From Alphaproteobacteria bacterium (lineage in GTDB: Bacteria > Pseudomonadota > Alphaproteobacteria > Rhodospirillales > Rhodospirillaceae): DNA of 64,000 nt. The position numbers and the translations under genes are program-made. Of this stretch, positions 18,596 through 28,272 are shown one piece after another (within the stretch, counting starts at the first letter, position 1; every line of letters begins with the position of its first letter). The notes under the pieces are model-generated. The model was not told the DNA's origin. It saw only the letters and a list, made by a program, of their open reading frames with translations, and searched no databases. The DNA lies in contig QJZR01000014.1 in assembly GCA_003246625.1 (NCBI GenBank), forward strand, positions 7,219 through 71,218, written 5' to 3'.

Positions 18596-18861
18596 GGGGC
18601 GAAGGCGAAGGTTGCGATGACCGCCAGGGCGGCCAGGGCGGCGATCCACAGCCAGCGGGAGGCGCCGCCGCCGTTCCAGGGGGCGCGCCGCGTCGAATAC
18701 GACAGGCCGGAACCGGGAAGACCCGCGGTGGTGCGGGCGCCGTCGCGGTTGAGGTTGACGGTCAGTCCGCGTTCGCCGAGCGACAGACTGCCGCCGCTTT
18801 TGCTGAAGTTCAGCCGTACGCCGGGAAGAATCCGGACGATTTTACGAAACCGCAACCCCAT
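18592..18861 (-). CDS. DUF4236 domain protein
   Basis: MGLRFRKIVRILPGVRLNFSKSG.S...GLPGSGLSY plus C-terminal TM helix; ATGA overlap with arsK. Confidence 0.85.
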   Translation of the reverse strand: MGLRFRKIVRILPGVRLNFSKSGGSLSLGERGLTVNLNRDGARTTAGLPGSGLSYSTRRAPWNGGGASRWLWIAALAALAVIATFAFAP

Positions 18862-18957
18862 GCCGTTGTCTCCGATGACCGTGCGATGACGGCAGGATGG
18901 GCCGGAAGCGGCGGTGAAGGCAAGAGGCACGGCAACGGGGCCGGGCATGCGGGGAAG

Positions 18958-19659
18958 CTATAGCCCCAGGCAGGCGGCGAGACGGGTTTTCTCGGCGATC
19001 AGCTCGGCCATGCCGCCCTCGCCGGTGACGCGACCGCGTTCCAGCAGCACCGCGCGGTCGGCCAGACCGGCGGCGAAGTTCCAGTTTTGCTCGGAAAGCA
19101 GGATGCCCACCCCCGCCGCCTTGATCGCCGAAAGCGCCTGCGCCATGTCCTCCACCACCTTGGGGGCGATGCCCTCGGACGGTTCGTCCAGCAGCAGCAT
19201 GCGCGGCTGGCCCATCAGGGTGCGCGCCACCGTCAGCATCTGTTGCTCGCCGCCGGAAAGCCGTCCCGCCGGACGGTCGAGCAGGGTTTTCAGGTGGGGG
19301 AATACCGCCAGCACCCCGTCCTCGGTCCAGGCGGGGGCGTCGGCGTGCGGCGGCTGACGCGCCACGTCCAGGTTTTCGCGCACCGAAAGGCTGGGAAACA
19401 CCCGCCGGTCCTCGGGCGCCCAGCCCAGTCCGGCGGGCGCCATCCGGTGCGTCGGGCGGCCGACGATTTCCTCGCCACGGAAAACGATGCTGCCGGAGAG
19501 AACGCGGGTCAGCCCCATCACCGATTTCAGCGTCGTCGACTTGCCCGCGCCGTTGCGGCCGATCAGGGCCACCGCCTCGCCCGCGCCGACCGAAAAGCCG
19601 ACGTCGAACAGAATCTGCGCCGCGCCGTAACCGGCGTTCAAGGACGAAATCCGCAGCAC
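18958..19659 (-). CDS. ABC transporter ATP-binding protein, LivF-like (orphan)
   Basis: GRNGAGKST, EDRRVFPSLSVRENL, LSGGEQQML, LLDEPSEG; GTG start. Confidence 0.92.
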   Translation of the reverse strand: MLRISSLNAGYGAAQILFDVGFSVGAGEAVALIGRNGAGKSTTLKSVMGLTRVLSGSIVFRGEEIVGRPTHRMAPAGLGWAPEDRRVFPSLSVRENLDVARQPPHADAPAWTEDGVLAVFPHLKTLLDRPAGRLSGGEQQMLTVARTLMGQPRMLLLDEPSEGIAPKVVEDMAQALSAIKAAGVGILLSEQNWNFAAGLADRAVLLERGRVTGEGGMAELIAEKTRLAACLGL

Positions 19660-19779
19660 CCTCTTCCCCTTCCCGGTGCGCCGAAAAGGCGCATTTATTC
19701 GGTATAACCCGTTGCAATTAAAAAAATAATGCCTAGCCTATTAGGCTGAGGAACAACACCAAAAGCGGGGACGCCAAAA

Positions 19780-22700
19780 ATGGGCTCTGCACTGTCCATC
19801 GGATCCGAAACCACGGTTGCCGAGATCGTCGCGCATGCGCGGCAGAAAATGCAAGCGGCACGCGCCAGCGCCGAGGAAACTCAGGCGGTGGCCGACTTCA
19901 TCGCCCTGTTCTATCGCAACGTGCCGCCGGGGGACATCCTCGGCAAGCCGGTGGAACATTTGTACGGCGCGGCGCGGTCGGCCTGGGGGCTGTTGCAACG
20001 GCGCCCGGCGAAGACCCTGGCGATTCGCGCCTTCAACCCCAGCTTCGCCGAGCAGGGCTGGTCGTGCGAACACACGGTGGTCGAGATCGTCAACGACGAC
20101 ATGCCGTTTCTGGTGGATTCGGTGAACGGCGCGTTGGCCAACCTGGACCTTGAGGTTCACGGCGTCATCCATCCGGTGGTGGTGGCGGAACGCGACGCGG
20201 CGGGCGGTTTCGTCCGCCTGCTTGCCGCCGGGACCGAGGGCGGCGTGGCGGAATCGGTGATGCATGTCGAGGTGACGCGGCAAACCGGCGCCGACCAGCT
20301 GGACCGCATCGTCGCCGACCTGACCGCGACCCTGGCCGACGTGCGCGCCGCGGTCGAGGATCGGCGGCCGATGTGCCACCGCATCGGCGAGGCGATCGAC
20401 GAACTTCCCGCGGGCGAGGAAGACTGCCACGAATGCCGCGCCTTCCTGGAATGGCTGCGCGACCACCACTTCACCATCCTGGGCTCGCGCGTCTATAGCG
20501 CGGGCAAGGGCGACGGCAAATCCCTGCGCATGGAGCCGGACTCCGGCCTGGGCGTGCTGCGCGATCCCGCCCGCCGGGTCTTCGAGGAATTGCAAACCGA
20601 CGCCGCGGGCCAGGTGGAAAGCCGCATCCTGGGCGACGCCGGCCTGCCGGTGCTGGTCACCAAAAGCAGCCGCCGCTCCACCGTGCACCGCCCGGTGGCG
20701 ATGGACGCGATCGTGGTGAAACGCCGCGACGGAAAGGGTCGGGTCACCGGCATCCGTCTGTTCATCGGCCTGTTCACCGCCGACGTCTATTCCAATTCGC
20801 CGATGGCGGTGCCGATGCTGCGCGGCAAGATCGAACGGGTCGTCGCCGCCGCCGCGATCGACCGCCACAGCCACGACGGCAAGCGGTTGCTCGGCATTCT
20901 GGAAAACCTGCCGCGCGACGAATTGTTCCAGTCCGACGACGAACACCTGGGTCAGGTGGCGGTGGGCATCCTGCAGCTTCAGGAACGCCGCCGCGTCGCC
21001 CTGTTCCTGCGCGACGATCCCTTCGAACGCTTCATGTCGTGTCTGGTCTACGTGCCGCGCGACCGCTTCGACACCGCGTTGCGCCTGGCGGTGCAGGAGA
21101 TTCTGGCGAAGGCCTTCGACGGCACGATTCTGTCCTATTACACCCAGATCGGCGAATCGCCCCTGGCCCGCCTGCACGTCATCGTCGGCACCAAGCCGGG
21201 CGACCTGCCGCCCTTCGACCTGCACGAAATCGAGGCGCGCATCGCCGCCGCCGCCCGCGCCTGGGACGACCAGTTGCGCGACGCGCTTTACCGCGGACGC
21301 GGCGAGGAAAAGGGCGCGGTGCTGCACCGCCGCTATTTCCGGGGGTTCCCGACCGTCTATACCGAACGTTTCGACGCCGAGGCGGCGGTCTTCGACATCG
21401 AGAGGATCGAGGAAGCCCTGAGCGACGGCAAACTGGGGATGAACCTCTATCGTCCGCTCGAGGCCCCGGCCGAGGAAATCCGCCTTAAGGTCTATCGCGC
21501 CGGGCGGGCGGTGCCGTTGTCCGATATCCTGCCGATGCTCGAACACATGGGTCTTAAGGTGATGGAGGAAATCCCCCACGCCATCAAGGTGGCGGGCGGG
21601 GCCGCGACGCCGGGCGGCGCCAACGTCTGGATTCACGATTTCGGCATGCGCGCCGCCCATGGCGGCACCGTCGATATCGGCGCGGTGCGGCACTCCTTCC
21701 AGGAAGCTCTCTCCCGCGTCTGGTCGGGCGAGATGGAGAGCGACGGCTTCAACCGTCTGGTTGTCGCCGCCGGGCTCTCCTGGCGCGAGGTGACCATCCT
21801 GCGCGCCTATGCCCGCTATCTGCGGCAGATCCTGTTCCCCTTCTCGCAAAGCTATCTGGCGCAGGCGCTGGTGGACAACGCGGCGGTCGCCCGCCGCATC
21901 GTCGATCTGTTCCATGCCCGCAACGATCCATTCGGCGATGTGGCGGCGCGCGAGGCGGCCACCGCCCGCGAGGAAGCGGCGATCAACGAGGCCCTGGACG
22001 CGGTGGACAACGCCGACCACGACCGTATCCTGCGGCGCTTCCTCAACCTGGTCCGCGCTACCCTGCGGACGAACTATTACCAGACCGAAACGGATGGATC
22101 GCCGAAACCGACCCTGGCCTTCAAGCTGTTGAGCCGCGAGGTCGAGGAGATGCCCAAGCCCAGGCCTTGGGTCGAGGTCTTCGTCTATTCGCCGAGGATC
22201 GAGGCGATTCACCTGCGCGGCGGCCCGGTGGCGCGCGGCGGCATCCGCTGGTCCGACCGGCCCGAGGACTTCCGTACCGAGATCCTGGGTCTGATCAAGG
22301 CGCAGATGGTGAAGAACGCGGTGATCGTGCCGGTCGGCGCGAAGGGCGGCTTCATCGTCAAGCGGCCGCCCGCCGAGGGCGGGCGCGAGGCCTTCCAGAA
22401 GGAAGGCGTCGAATGCTACAAGCTGTTCATGCGCGCCCTGCTCGGCCTGACCGACAACCTTGCGGGCGGCGCGGTGGTGCCGCCCCGGGACGTGGTGCGC
22501 CACGACGGCGACGACCCCTATCTGGTGGTCGCCGCGGACAAGGGCACCGCTTCCTTCTCGGACATCGCCAACGCCGAATCCCTGGCCGCCGGGTTCTGGC
22601 TGTCCGACGCCTTCGCCTCCGGCGGGTCGCAGGGCTATGACCACAAGGTCATGGGCATCACCGCGCGCGGCGCCTGGGAATGCGTCAAGCGCCACTTCCG

Positions 22701-24621
22701 CGAACTCGGCCGCGACGTGCAGACCGAACCCTTCACCGCGGTCGGCGTCGGCGACATGGCGGGCGACGTGTTCGGCAACGGCATGCTGCAATCGCAGCAG
22801 ACCCGTCTGATCGGCGCCTTCAACCACATGCACGTCTTCATCGACCCCGATCCCGATCCGGCGGTTTCCTTCGCCGAGCGCAAGCGTCTGTTCGACCTGC
22901 CGCGTTCCTCGTGGTCGGACTACGACACCAAGCTTCTTTCCCCGGGCGGCGGCATCTATAGCCGTCAGGCGAAGTCGATCAAGCTGTCGCCGCGGGCGCA
23001 GGCGCGCCTGGGACTGGCCAGCGATACCGTCACCCCGGCCGAGGCGATCCGCGCGATTCTTGCCCTCGACGTCGACCTTCTGTTCTTCGGCGGCATCGGC
23101 ACCTATCTTCGTTCCAGTCACGAAACGGATGCCGAGGTCGGCGACCGCGCCAACGACGCCCTGCGCATCACCGCGAAAGAGGTGCGGGCCAGGGTGATCG
23201 GCGAAGGCGCCAACCTGGGGGTGACGCAACGCGCCCGTATCGAATACGGCCTGCTGGGCGGGCGCATCAACACCGACGCCATCGATAACTCGGCGGGGGT
23301 GGATTGCTCGGACCACGAGGTCAACATCAAGATCCTGCTCAACGAGGTCGTGGCGCACGGCGACATGACCGAAAAGCAGCGGAACGTCCTGCTGGCCAAG
23401 ATGACCGACGAGGTGGGGCACCTGGTTCTGCGCGACAACTATCTGCAAGGCCAAGCGTTGTCGATGATGGAAGCCTGCGGCCCCGACCGGCTGGACGAAC
23501 AGGCCCGCCTGATCCGCCATCTGGAACGCCTGGGCCGCCTGGACCGCGCCATCGAGTTCCTGCCGGACGAGGAAGAGATCGCCGAACGCATCGCCAAGCG
23601 CGGCATCCTCACCCGCAGCGAATCCTCGGTGCTGATGCCGTACTGCAAGATGTGGCTGTTCGACGAGGTGATCGAAAGCGACCTTCCCGACGAACCGCTG
23701 CTGGACAAGGAACTGGTCCGCTATTTCCCCTCCGCCCTGCACAAGGGCTTCACCGAGGCGATTCACGGCCATCGGCTGCGGCGCGAGATCGTCGCCACCA
23801 TCGTCAGCAACGCCCTGGTCAACCGCGTCGGCGGCACCTTCCTTACCGAGATGATGGAAGATACCGGCCGCTCGGTGGCGGACGTGGCGCGGGCCTTCAT
23901 CGTCGCCCGCGATGCCTACCACCTGCCCGACCTCTGGCGGGAGATTGAGGCCCTCGACAACCGGGTCCCGGCGAAGGTCCAGCTGGACATGCTGATCGCG
24001 GTCAACCGCGCGGTGCGCGCCGTGGTTTCGTGGGTGCTGCGCAACGCCGGAACGCGCATCGACATCGGCGGGCTGGCGTCGCGGCTGCGCGGCGGCGTCG
24101 ACGCCCTGATTACCGAGAACGACGCCCTGGGCATCGCGCCGGAAACCCTGGGCGAGGAAGTGAAGTCCTGGATCGCCGAGGGCGTGCCCGAGGACGTCGC
24201 CTATCGCGTCGCGGCGCTGGACCCCCTGGTGGCGGTGCCCGACATCGTTGCCTTGTCGGAAATCCGGCAGGTGCCGGTGCCGGCGGCGGCGCGGGTCTAT
24301 CACCTGGTGGGCGAACGCTTCGGCTTCCGTTGGGCGCGCGCGGCGGCGGCGCAGTTGCCGGTGCGGTCGCATTGGCAGAAGCTGGCGATCGCTGCCCTGG
24401 TCGAGGACTTCTTCGGCCGCCAGCGCGACGTGGCGGGCGGCGTTCTGGCGGAAACGGGGAACAACCCCGCCGAAGCCCTGGCCGCCTTCGTCGCCGCCAA
24501 CGCCTTCGCGGTGGGGCAGGCCGACCGCCTGCTTGCCGAATACCGCGAATCGACGGGGGCGCCCGATCTGGCGATGCTGACCGTCGCGGCGCGCCAATTG
24601 CGCGCCCTGGCGCAGGAATAG
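19780..24621 (+). CDS. gdhB: Large NAD-specific glutamate dehydrogenase
   Basis: 1613 aa; ARGGIRWSDR, KNAVIVPVGAKGGF, VVAADKGTASFSD, GEGANLG, NTDAIDNSAGVDCSDHEVNIK. Confidence 0.97.
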   Translation: MGSALSIGSETTVAEIVAHARQKMQAARASAEETQAVADFIALFYRNVPPGDILGKPVEHLYGAARSAWGLLQRRPAKTLAIRAFNPSFAEQGWSCEHTVVEIVNDDMPFLVDSVNGALANLDLEVHGVIHPVVVAERDAAGGFVRLLAAGTEGGVAESVMHVEVTRQTGADQLDRIVADLTATLADVRAAVEDRRPMCHRIGEAIDELPAGEEDCHECRAFLEWLRDHHFTILGSRVYSAGKGDGKSLRMEPDSGLGVLRDPARRVFEELQTDAAGQVESRILGDAGLPVLVTKSSRRSTVHRPVAMDAIVVKRRDGKGRVTGIRLFIGLFTADVYSNSPMAVPMLRGKIERVVAAAAIDRHSHDGKRLLGILENLPRDELFQSDDEHLGQVAVGILQLQERRRVALFLRDDPFERFMSCLVYVPRDRFDTALRLAVQEILAKAFDGTILSYYTQIGESPLARLHVIVGTKPGDLPPFDLHEIEARIAAAARAWDDQLRDALYRGRGEEKGAVLHRRYFRGFPTVYTERFDAEAAVFDIERIEEALSDGKLGMNLYRPLEAPAEEIRLKVYRAGRAVPLSDILPMLEHMGLKVMEEIPHAIKVAGGAATPGGANVWIHDFGMRAAHGGTVDIGAVRHSFQEALSRVWSGEMESDGFNRLVVAAGLSWREVTILRAYARYLRQILFPFSQSYLAQALVDNAAVARRIVDLFHARNDPFGDVAAREAATAREEAAINEALDAVDNADHDRILRRFLNLVRATLRTNYYQTETDGSPKPTLAFKLLSREVEEMPKPRPWVEVFVYSPRIEAIHLRGGPVARGGIRWSDRPEDFRTEILGLIKAQMVKNAVIVPVGAKGGFIVKRPPAEGGREAFQKEGVECYKLFMRALLGLTDNLAGGAVVPPRDVVRHDGDDPYLVVAADKGTASFSDIANAESLAAGFWLSDAFASGGSQGYDHKVMGITARGAWECVKRHFRELGRDVQTEPFTAVGVGDMAGDVFGNGMLQSQQTRLIGAFNHMHVFIDPDPDPAVSFAERKRLFDLPRSSWSDYDTKLLSPGGGIYSRQAKSIKLSPRAQARLGLASDTVTPAEAIRAILALDVDLLFFGGIGTYLRSSHETDAEVGDRANDALRITAKEVRARVIGEGANLGVTQRARIEYGLLGGRINTDAIDNSAGVDCSDHEVNIKILLNEVVAHGDMTEKQRNVLLAKMTDEVGHLVLRDNYLQGQALSMMEACGPDRLDEQARLIRHLERLGRLDRAIEFLPDEEEIAERIAKRGILTRSESSVLMPYCKMWLFDEVIESDLPDEPLLDKELVRYFPSALHKGFTEAIHGHRLRREIVATIVSNALVNRVGGTFLTEMMEDTGRSVADVARAFIVARDAYHLPDLWREIEALDNRVPAKVQLDMLIAVNRAVRAVVSWVLRNAGTRIDIGGLASRLRGGVDALITENDALGIAPETLGEEVKSWIAEGVPEDVAYRVAALDPLVAVPDIVALSEIRQVPVPAAARVYHLVGERFGFRWARAAAAQLPVRSHWQKLAIAALVEDFFGRQRDVAGGVLAETGNNPAEALAAFVAANAFAVGQADRLLAEYRESTGAPDLAMLTVAARQLRALAQE

Positions 24622-24624
24622 GGG

Positions 24625-24798
24625 AAAAACGAAGCGAGGGGTCTTGGACCCCTCGCGCACCCCATTCCTTTTTCGCCGCGAAGCGGCAATCATTCATCAC
24701 GCGGCGTGATCGGCTGATCGCGCTTCGCGCAAAAACCAAAAGGATGGGATCAAAGGGGCCAAGCCCCTTTGCGGGTGTGGGCGGAGCCCACGGGTTTT
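24625..24798. repeat. Dispersed palindromic repeat, copy 3
   Basis: AAAAACGAAGCGAGGGGTCTTGGACCCCTCGCGC left arm, core with ATCACGC-G-GCGTGAT hairpin, GGGATCAAAGGGG..GGGCGGAGCCCACGGGTTTT right arm. Confidence 0.92.
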
Positions 24799-24813
24799 CG
24801 GGGGGAAACGCCG

Positions 24814-26067
24814 ATGCGGGGCAAGGCGGTTTGGGGGTGGTGTCTATACGACTGGGCCAACTCCGCCTTTCCGACGGTGGTGCAGACCTTCGTGTTTTCC
24901 ACCTATTTCGCCAAGGCGGTGGCGGAAACCCCCGAATCGGGGACCGCGCAGTGGGGCTGGGCGATGGCGGCGGCGGGGGTGGTGATCGCCGTCTTCAGCC
25001 CCTTTCTCGGCGCCATGGCCGATCGATCCGGCCGCCGCACGATTTGGGTGGGCGGGTTTACCGCGTTGATGTGCGTGGCGACCGCCGCCTTGTGGACGGT
25101 GACGCCAGAGCCCGCATCCGCCCTGCCGTGTCTGCTGCTGGTGGCGGCCGCGACAATTTGTTTCGAAATCGCAACCGTATTCTACAATGCCCTGTTGCCC
25201 GTCGTCGCGCCGCCCGAGAAAATCGGCCGCGTCTCCGGCTGGGCGTGGGGGCTGGGCTATGCCGGGGGGCTGGTCTGCCTGGTGGTGGTCTTGTTCGGAC
25301 TGGTCAAGGCGTCGCCCCCGCCCTTCGGCCTCGATCCCGCGCGGGCCGAGCCGGTGCGCGCCGCCGCGCCCTTCCTGGCCGTCTGGATGGCGGTGTTCAC
25401 CTTGCCCCTGCTGCTTTGGGTGCGCGACCCGGCGCCGCCGGGCGCGGGGGGGCTGGTCCACGCCGCGCGGCGGGCGGCGGGCGATTTGGCCGCCGCCATA
25501 CGGGCCTGGCCGCGCGAAGCCCGTATCGGACGCTTCCTGCTGGCCCGCATGCTCTATACCGACGGTCTCAACACCCTGTTCGCCTTCGGCGGCATCTATG
25601 CGGCGGGAACCTTCGGCATGCCGCTTTCCGAGGTCATCGCCTTCGGCATCGCGCTTAACGTCACCGCCGGTCTGGGGGCGACGATTTTCGGTTGGCTGGA
25701 TGACGTTATGGGTCCGAAACGAGTCATTCTGATCTCGCTTGCGGTAATCTCGGTGCTGGGCGCGGTGCTGATCCGGGCTTCCGATCCGCGCCTGTTCTGG
25801 GCGTTGGGGCTGGGTTTGGGAATTTTCGTCGGACCGGCGCAAGCCGCCAGCCGGACCTTCCTTGCGCGGATCGCCCCGCGCGAGGAAATCGGCGCCTGCT
25901 TCGGCCTTTACGCCCTGTCGGGGAAGGTCACCGCCTTTCTCGGCCCGGCGGCGCTGGCCGCCGCGACGACGGCCTGGCAGTCCCAGCGCGCGGGCATGGC
26001 GACCATCTTGGTCTTCCTGCTGGCGGGGGGGCTGCTGCTGGCGGCGGTGCCGAAAACCAGGCCGTAA
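24814..26067 (+). CDS. MFS transporter (UMF1/Atg22-like)
   Basis: WGWCLYDWANSAF, FYNALLP, SGWAWGLGYAGG, YTDGLNT, QAASRTFLAR; ATG 24814 lies just after the repeat. Confidence 0.92.
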   Translation: MRGKAVWGWCLYDWANSAFPTVVQTFVFSTYFAKAVAETPESGTAQWGWAMAAAGVVIAVFSPFLGAMADRSGRRTIWVGGFTALMCVATAALWTVTPEPASALPCLLLVAAATICFEIATVFYNALLPVVAPPEKIGRVSGWAWGLGYAGGLVCLVVVLFGLVKASPPPFGLDPARAEPVRAAAPFLAVWMAVFTLPLLLWVRDPAPPGAGGLVHAARRAAGDLAAAIRAWPREARIGRFLLARMLYTDGLNTLFAFGGIYAAGTFGMPLSEVIAFGIALNVTAGLGATIFGWLDDVMGPKRVILISLAVISVLGAVLIRASDPRLFWALGLGLGIFVGPAQAASRTFLARIAPREEIGACFGLYALSGKVTAFLGPAALAAATTAWQSQRAGMATILVFLLAGGLLLAAVPKTRP

Positions 26068-26236
26068 AAACGAAGCGAGGGGTCTTGGACCCCTCGCGCA
26101 CCCCATTCCTTGGTTTTTCGCCGCGTCAGCGTTTACGCGGCGTGACGGTTTATCGCGCTTCGCGCAAAAAACCAGAACTCGTGGGATCAAAGGGCCCAAG
26201 GCCCTTTGCGGGTGTGGGCGGAGCCCACGGGGTTTT
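26066..26236. repeat. Dispersed palindromic repeat, copy 4
   Basis: First 46 bp and a 30-bp stretch of the right arm are identical to copy 3. Confidence 0.92.
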
Positions 26237-26246
26237 CCTTCGAAGG

Positions 26247-26594
26247 TCAGCCGAAACGGACGGCGGTGCCGTTGGCGGAGACCATCAGCATGGTTTTGTC
26301 GTCGCCGCCGATCACCTCGTAATCGAGGTCGACCGCGATCACCGCGTGCGCGCCGAGGGCGTGGGCCTCTTCCTTCATCTGTTGCAGGGCGAGTTCCTTC
26401 GCCTCGCGCAACGATTTTTCATAGGCCCCGGCGCGACCGCCGACGACGTCGCGGATCGAGGCGAAGAAATCCTTGAACAGGTTGGTGCCCATGATCGCCT
26501 CGCCGGAAACGATGCCGAGGTACGCGGTCACCTTGTGGTCCTGGACGCCGTCCGTGGTGGTAACCAGGACCGCGTCGCTGGGGGAATGCGCCAT
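26247..26594 (-). CDS. YbjQ/UPF0145 family protein
   Basis: [38 protein letters not shown]...[11 protein letters not shown]. Confidence 0.92.
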   Translation of the reverse strand: MAHSPSDAVLVTTTDGVQDHKVTAYLGIVSGEAIMGTNLFKDFFASIRDVVGGRAGAYEKSLREAKELALQQMKEEAHALGAHAVIAVDLDYEVIGGDDKTMLMVSANGTAVRFG

Positions 26595-26648
26595 TGTAAT
26601 GCTCCGAAATGCGATGTTCCGAGTGAACTTTCCGTCGGAAATGACGGG

Positions 26649-28235
26649 TCAATGGCGGAAGTGTCGCATCCCGGTGAACACCATGGCAAGGTTTGCCGCG
26701 TCGGCGGCGGCGATAACCTCTGCGTCGCGGATCGACCCGCCGGGCTGGATCACCGCCGTGGCACCCGCTTCCGCCGCGGCCAGCAAGCCGTCGGCGAAGG
26801 GGAAGAAGGCGTCGGAGGCGACCACGCTGCCCTTCGCCAGGCTTTCCGGCAGGCCCGCTTCCCGCGACGCGTCCTCGGCCTTGCGGGCGGCGATGCGCGA
26901 CGAATCGACGCGGCTCATCTGTCCGGCGCCGATGCCCACCGTCACCCCGTCCTTGACGTAGACGATGGCGTTGGACTTGACGTGCTTGCCGACGGTGAAG
27001 GCGAACAACAGGTCCCGCATTTCCCGCTCGGTGGGGGCGCGCTTGGTCACCACCTTGACGTCGGCGGGGGAAATCCGGCCGTTGTCGCGCGACTGCATCA
27101 GGATGCCGCCGGACAGGGTCTTGGCGAACCAGCCGGCCGCCGCCGGGTCGGGCATGCCGCCGGTGAGCAAGAGGCGCAGGTTCTTCTTCGCGGCGAAGAC
27201 GGACAGCGCCGCCTCGTCGGCGTCGGGGGCGATCACCACCTCGGTGAAGATCTTGGCGATTTCCTCGGCCAGGGCGCCGGTCAGCGGACGGTTGAGGGCG
27301 ACGATGCCGCCGAAGGCGCTGACCGGGTCGCAGCGCAGCGCCAGACGATAGGTCTCGATCAGGTCGGCGCCGGAGGCGACGCCGCAGGGATTGGCGTGCT
27401 TGATGATCGCCACCGCCGGTTCGGCGAACTCGGCGACCAGTTCGAACGCGGCGTCGGTGTCGTTGAGGTTGTTGTAGGACAGTTCCTTGCCCTGCATCTG
27501 GCGCGCGGTGGCGACGCCCGGGCGGGCCTTGCCGTCGGTGTAGAAGGCCGCCTGCTGGTGCGGGTTTTCGCCATAGCGCAGCACCTCGGCGCGGCGGCCG
27601 ACCAGGAACAGGCTTTCGGGGAAGGTTTCGCCGCGCGCGCCCGCGAACCAGGTGGCGATGGCGGCGTCGTAGGCGCCGGTGCGGGCGAAGGCCTTGTGCG
27701 CCAGCTCGCGGCGGAATTCCGCCGTGGTGGCGCCGTCGTGCGCGGCGATTTCCGTCAGCACCCGGTCATAGTCGGCGGGGTCGACCACCACGGTGACCGC
27801 GGCGTGGTTCTTCGCCGCGGCGCGGATCATCGAGGGGCCGCCGATGTCGATATTTTCGATGCAGGTGTCGAAATCCGCGCCCTTGGCCACGGTGGCCTCG
27901 AACGGGTAGAGGTTGACCACCACCAAGTCGATCGCCGGGATGCCGTGCTCGGCCATCGCCGCTTCGTGCTCGGCGTTGCCGCGGATGCCCAGGATGCCGC
28001 CGTGGATCTTCGGGTGCAGGGTCTTCACCCGGCCGTCCAGCATCTCGGGGAAACCGGTGTGCTCGGCCACTTCGGTGACCGGCACGCCCGCGTCGCGCAG
28101 GGCCTTCGCCGAGCCCCCGGTGGAGAGAATCTGCACGCCGCGCGCGGCCAGCGCGCGGGCGAAGTCCACCAGGCCGGTCTTGTCGGAAACCGAAATCAGG
28201 GCGCGCGCGATGCGCGGGTTGGTCGTCTGGGCCAT
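26649..28235 (-). CDS. purH: Bifunctional AICAR transformylase/IMP cyclohydrolase
   Basis: [67 protein letters not shown]. Confidence 0.98.
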   Translation of the reverse strand: MAQTTNPRIARALISVSDKTGLVDFARALAARGVQILSTGGSAKALRDAGVPVTEVAEHTGFPEMLDGRVKTLHPKIHGGILGIRGNAEHEAAMAEHGIPAIDLVVVNLYPFEATVAKGADFDTCIENIDIGGPSMIRAAAKNHAAVTVVVDPADYDRVLTEIAAHDGATTAEFRRELAHKAFARTGAYDAAIATWFAGARGETFPESLFLVGRRAEVLRYGENPHQQAAFYTDGKARPGVATARQMQGKELSYNNLNDTDAAFELVAEFAEPAVAIIKHANPCGVASGADLIETYRLALRCDPVSAFGGIVALNRPLTGALAEEIAKIFTEVVIAPDADEAALSVFAAKKNLRLLLTGGMPDPAAAGWFAKTLSGGILMQSRDNGRISPADVKVVTKRAPTEREMRDLLFAFTVGKHVKSNAIVYVKDGVTVGIGAGQMSRVDSSRIAARKAEDASREAGLPESLAKGSVVASDAFFPFADGLLAAAEAGATAVIQPGGSIRDAEVIAAADAANLAMVFTGMRHFRH

Positions 28236-28272
28236 GGGCCGTCCTCTTTCAAGTCTAGGGTCGCAATAACGC

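Noticed and set aside
19741-24693. 1650-aa antisense ORF opposite the glutamate dehydrogenase gene (likewise 13742-17407, 1555-4311 and many others in the ORF track)
   Set aside because: Shadow ORFs expected from high GC3 codon bias; they mirror recognisable sense genes and contain no domain motifs.
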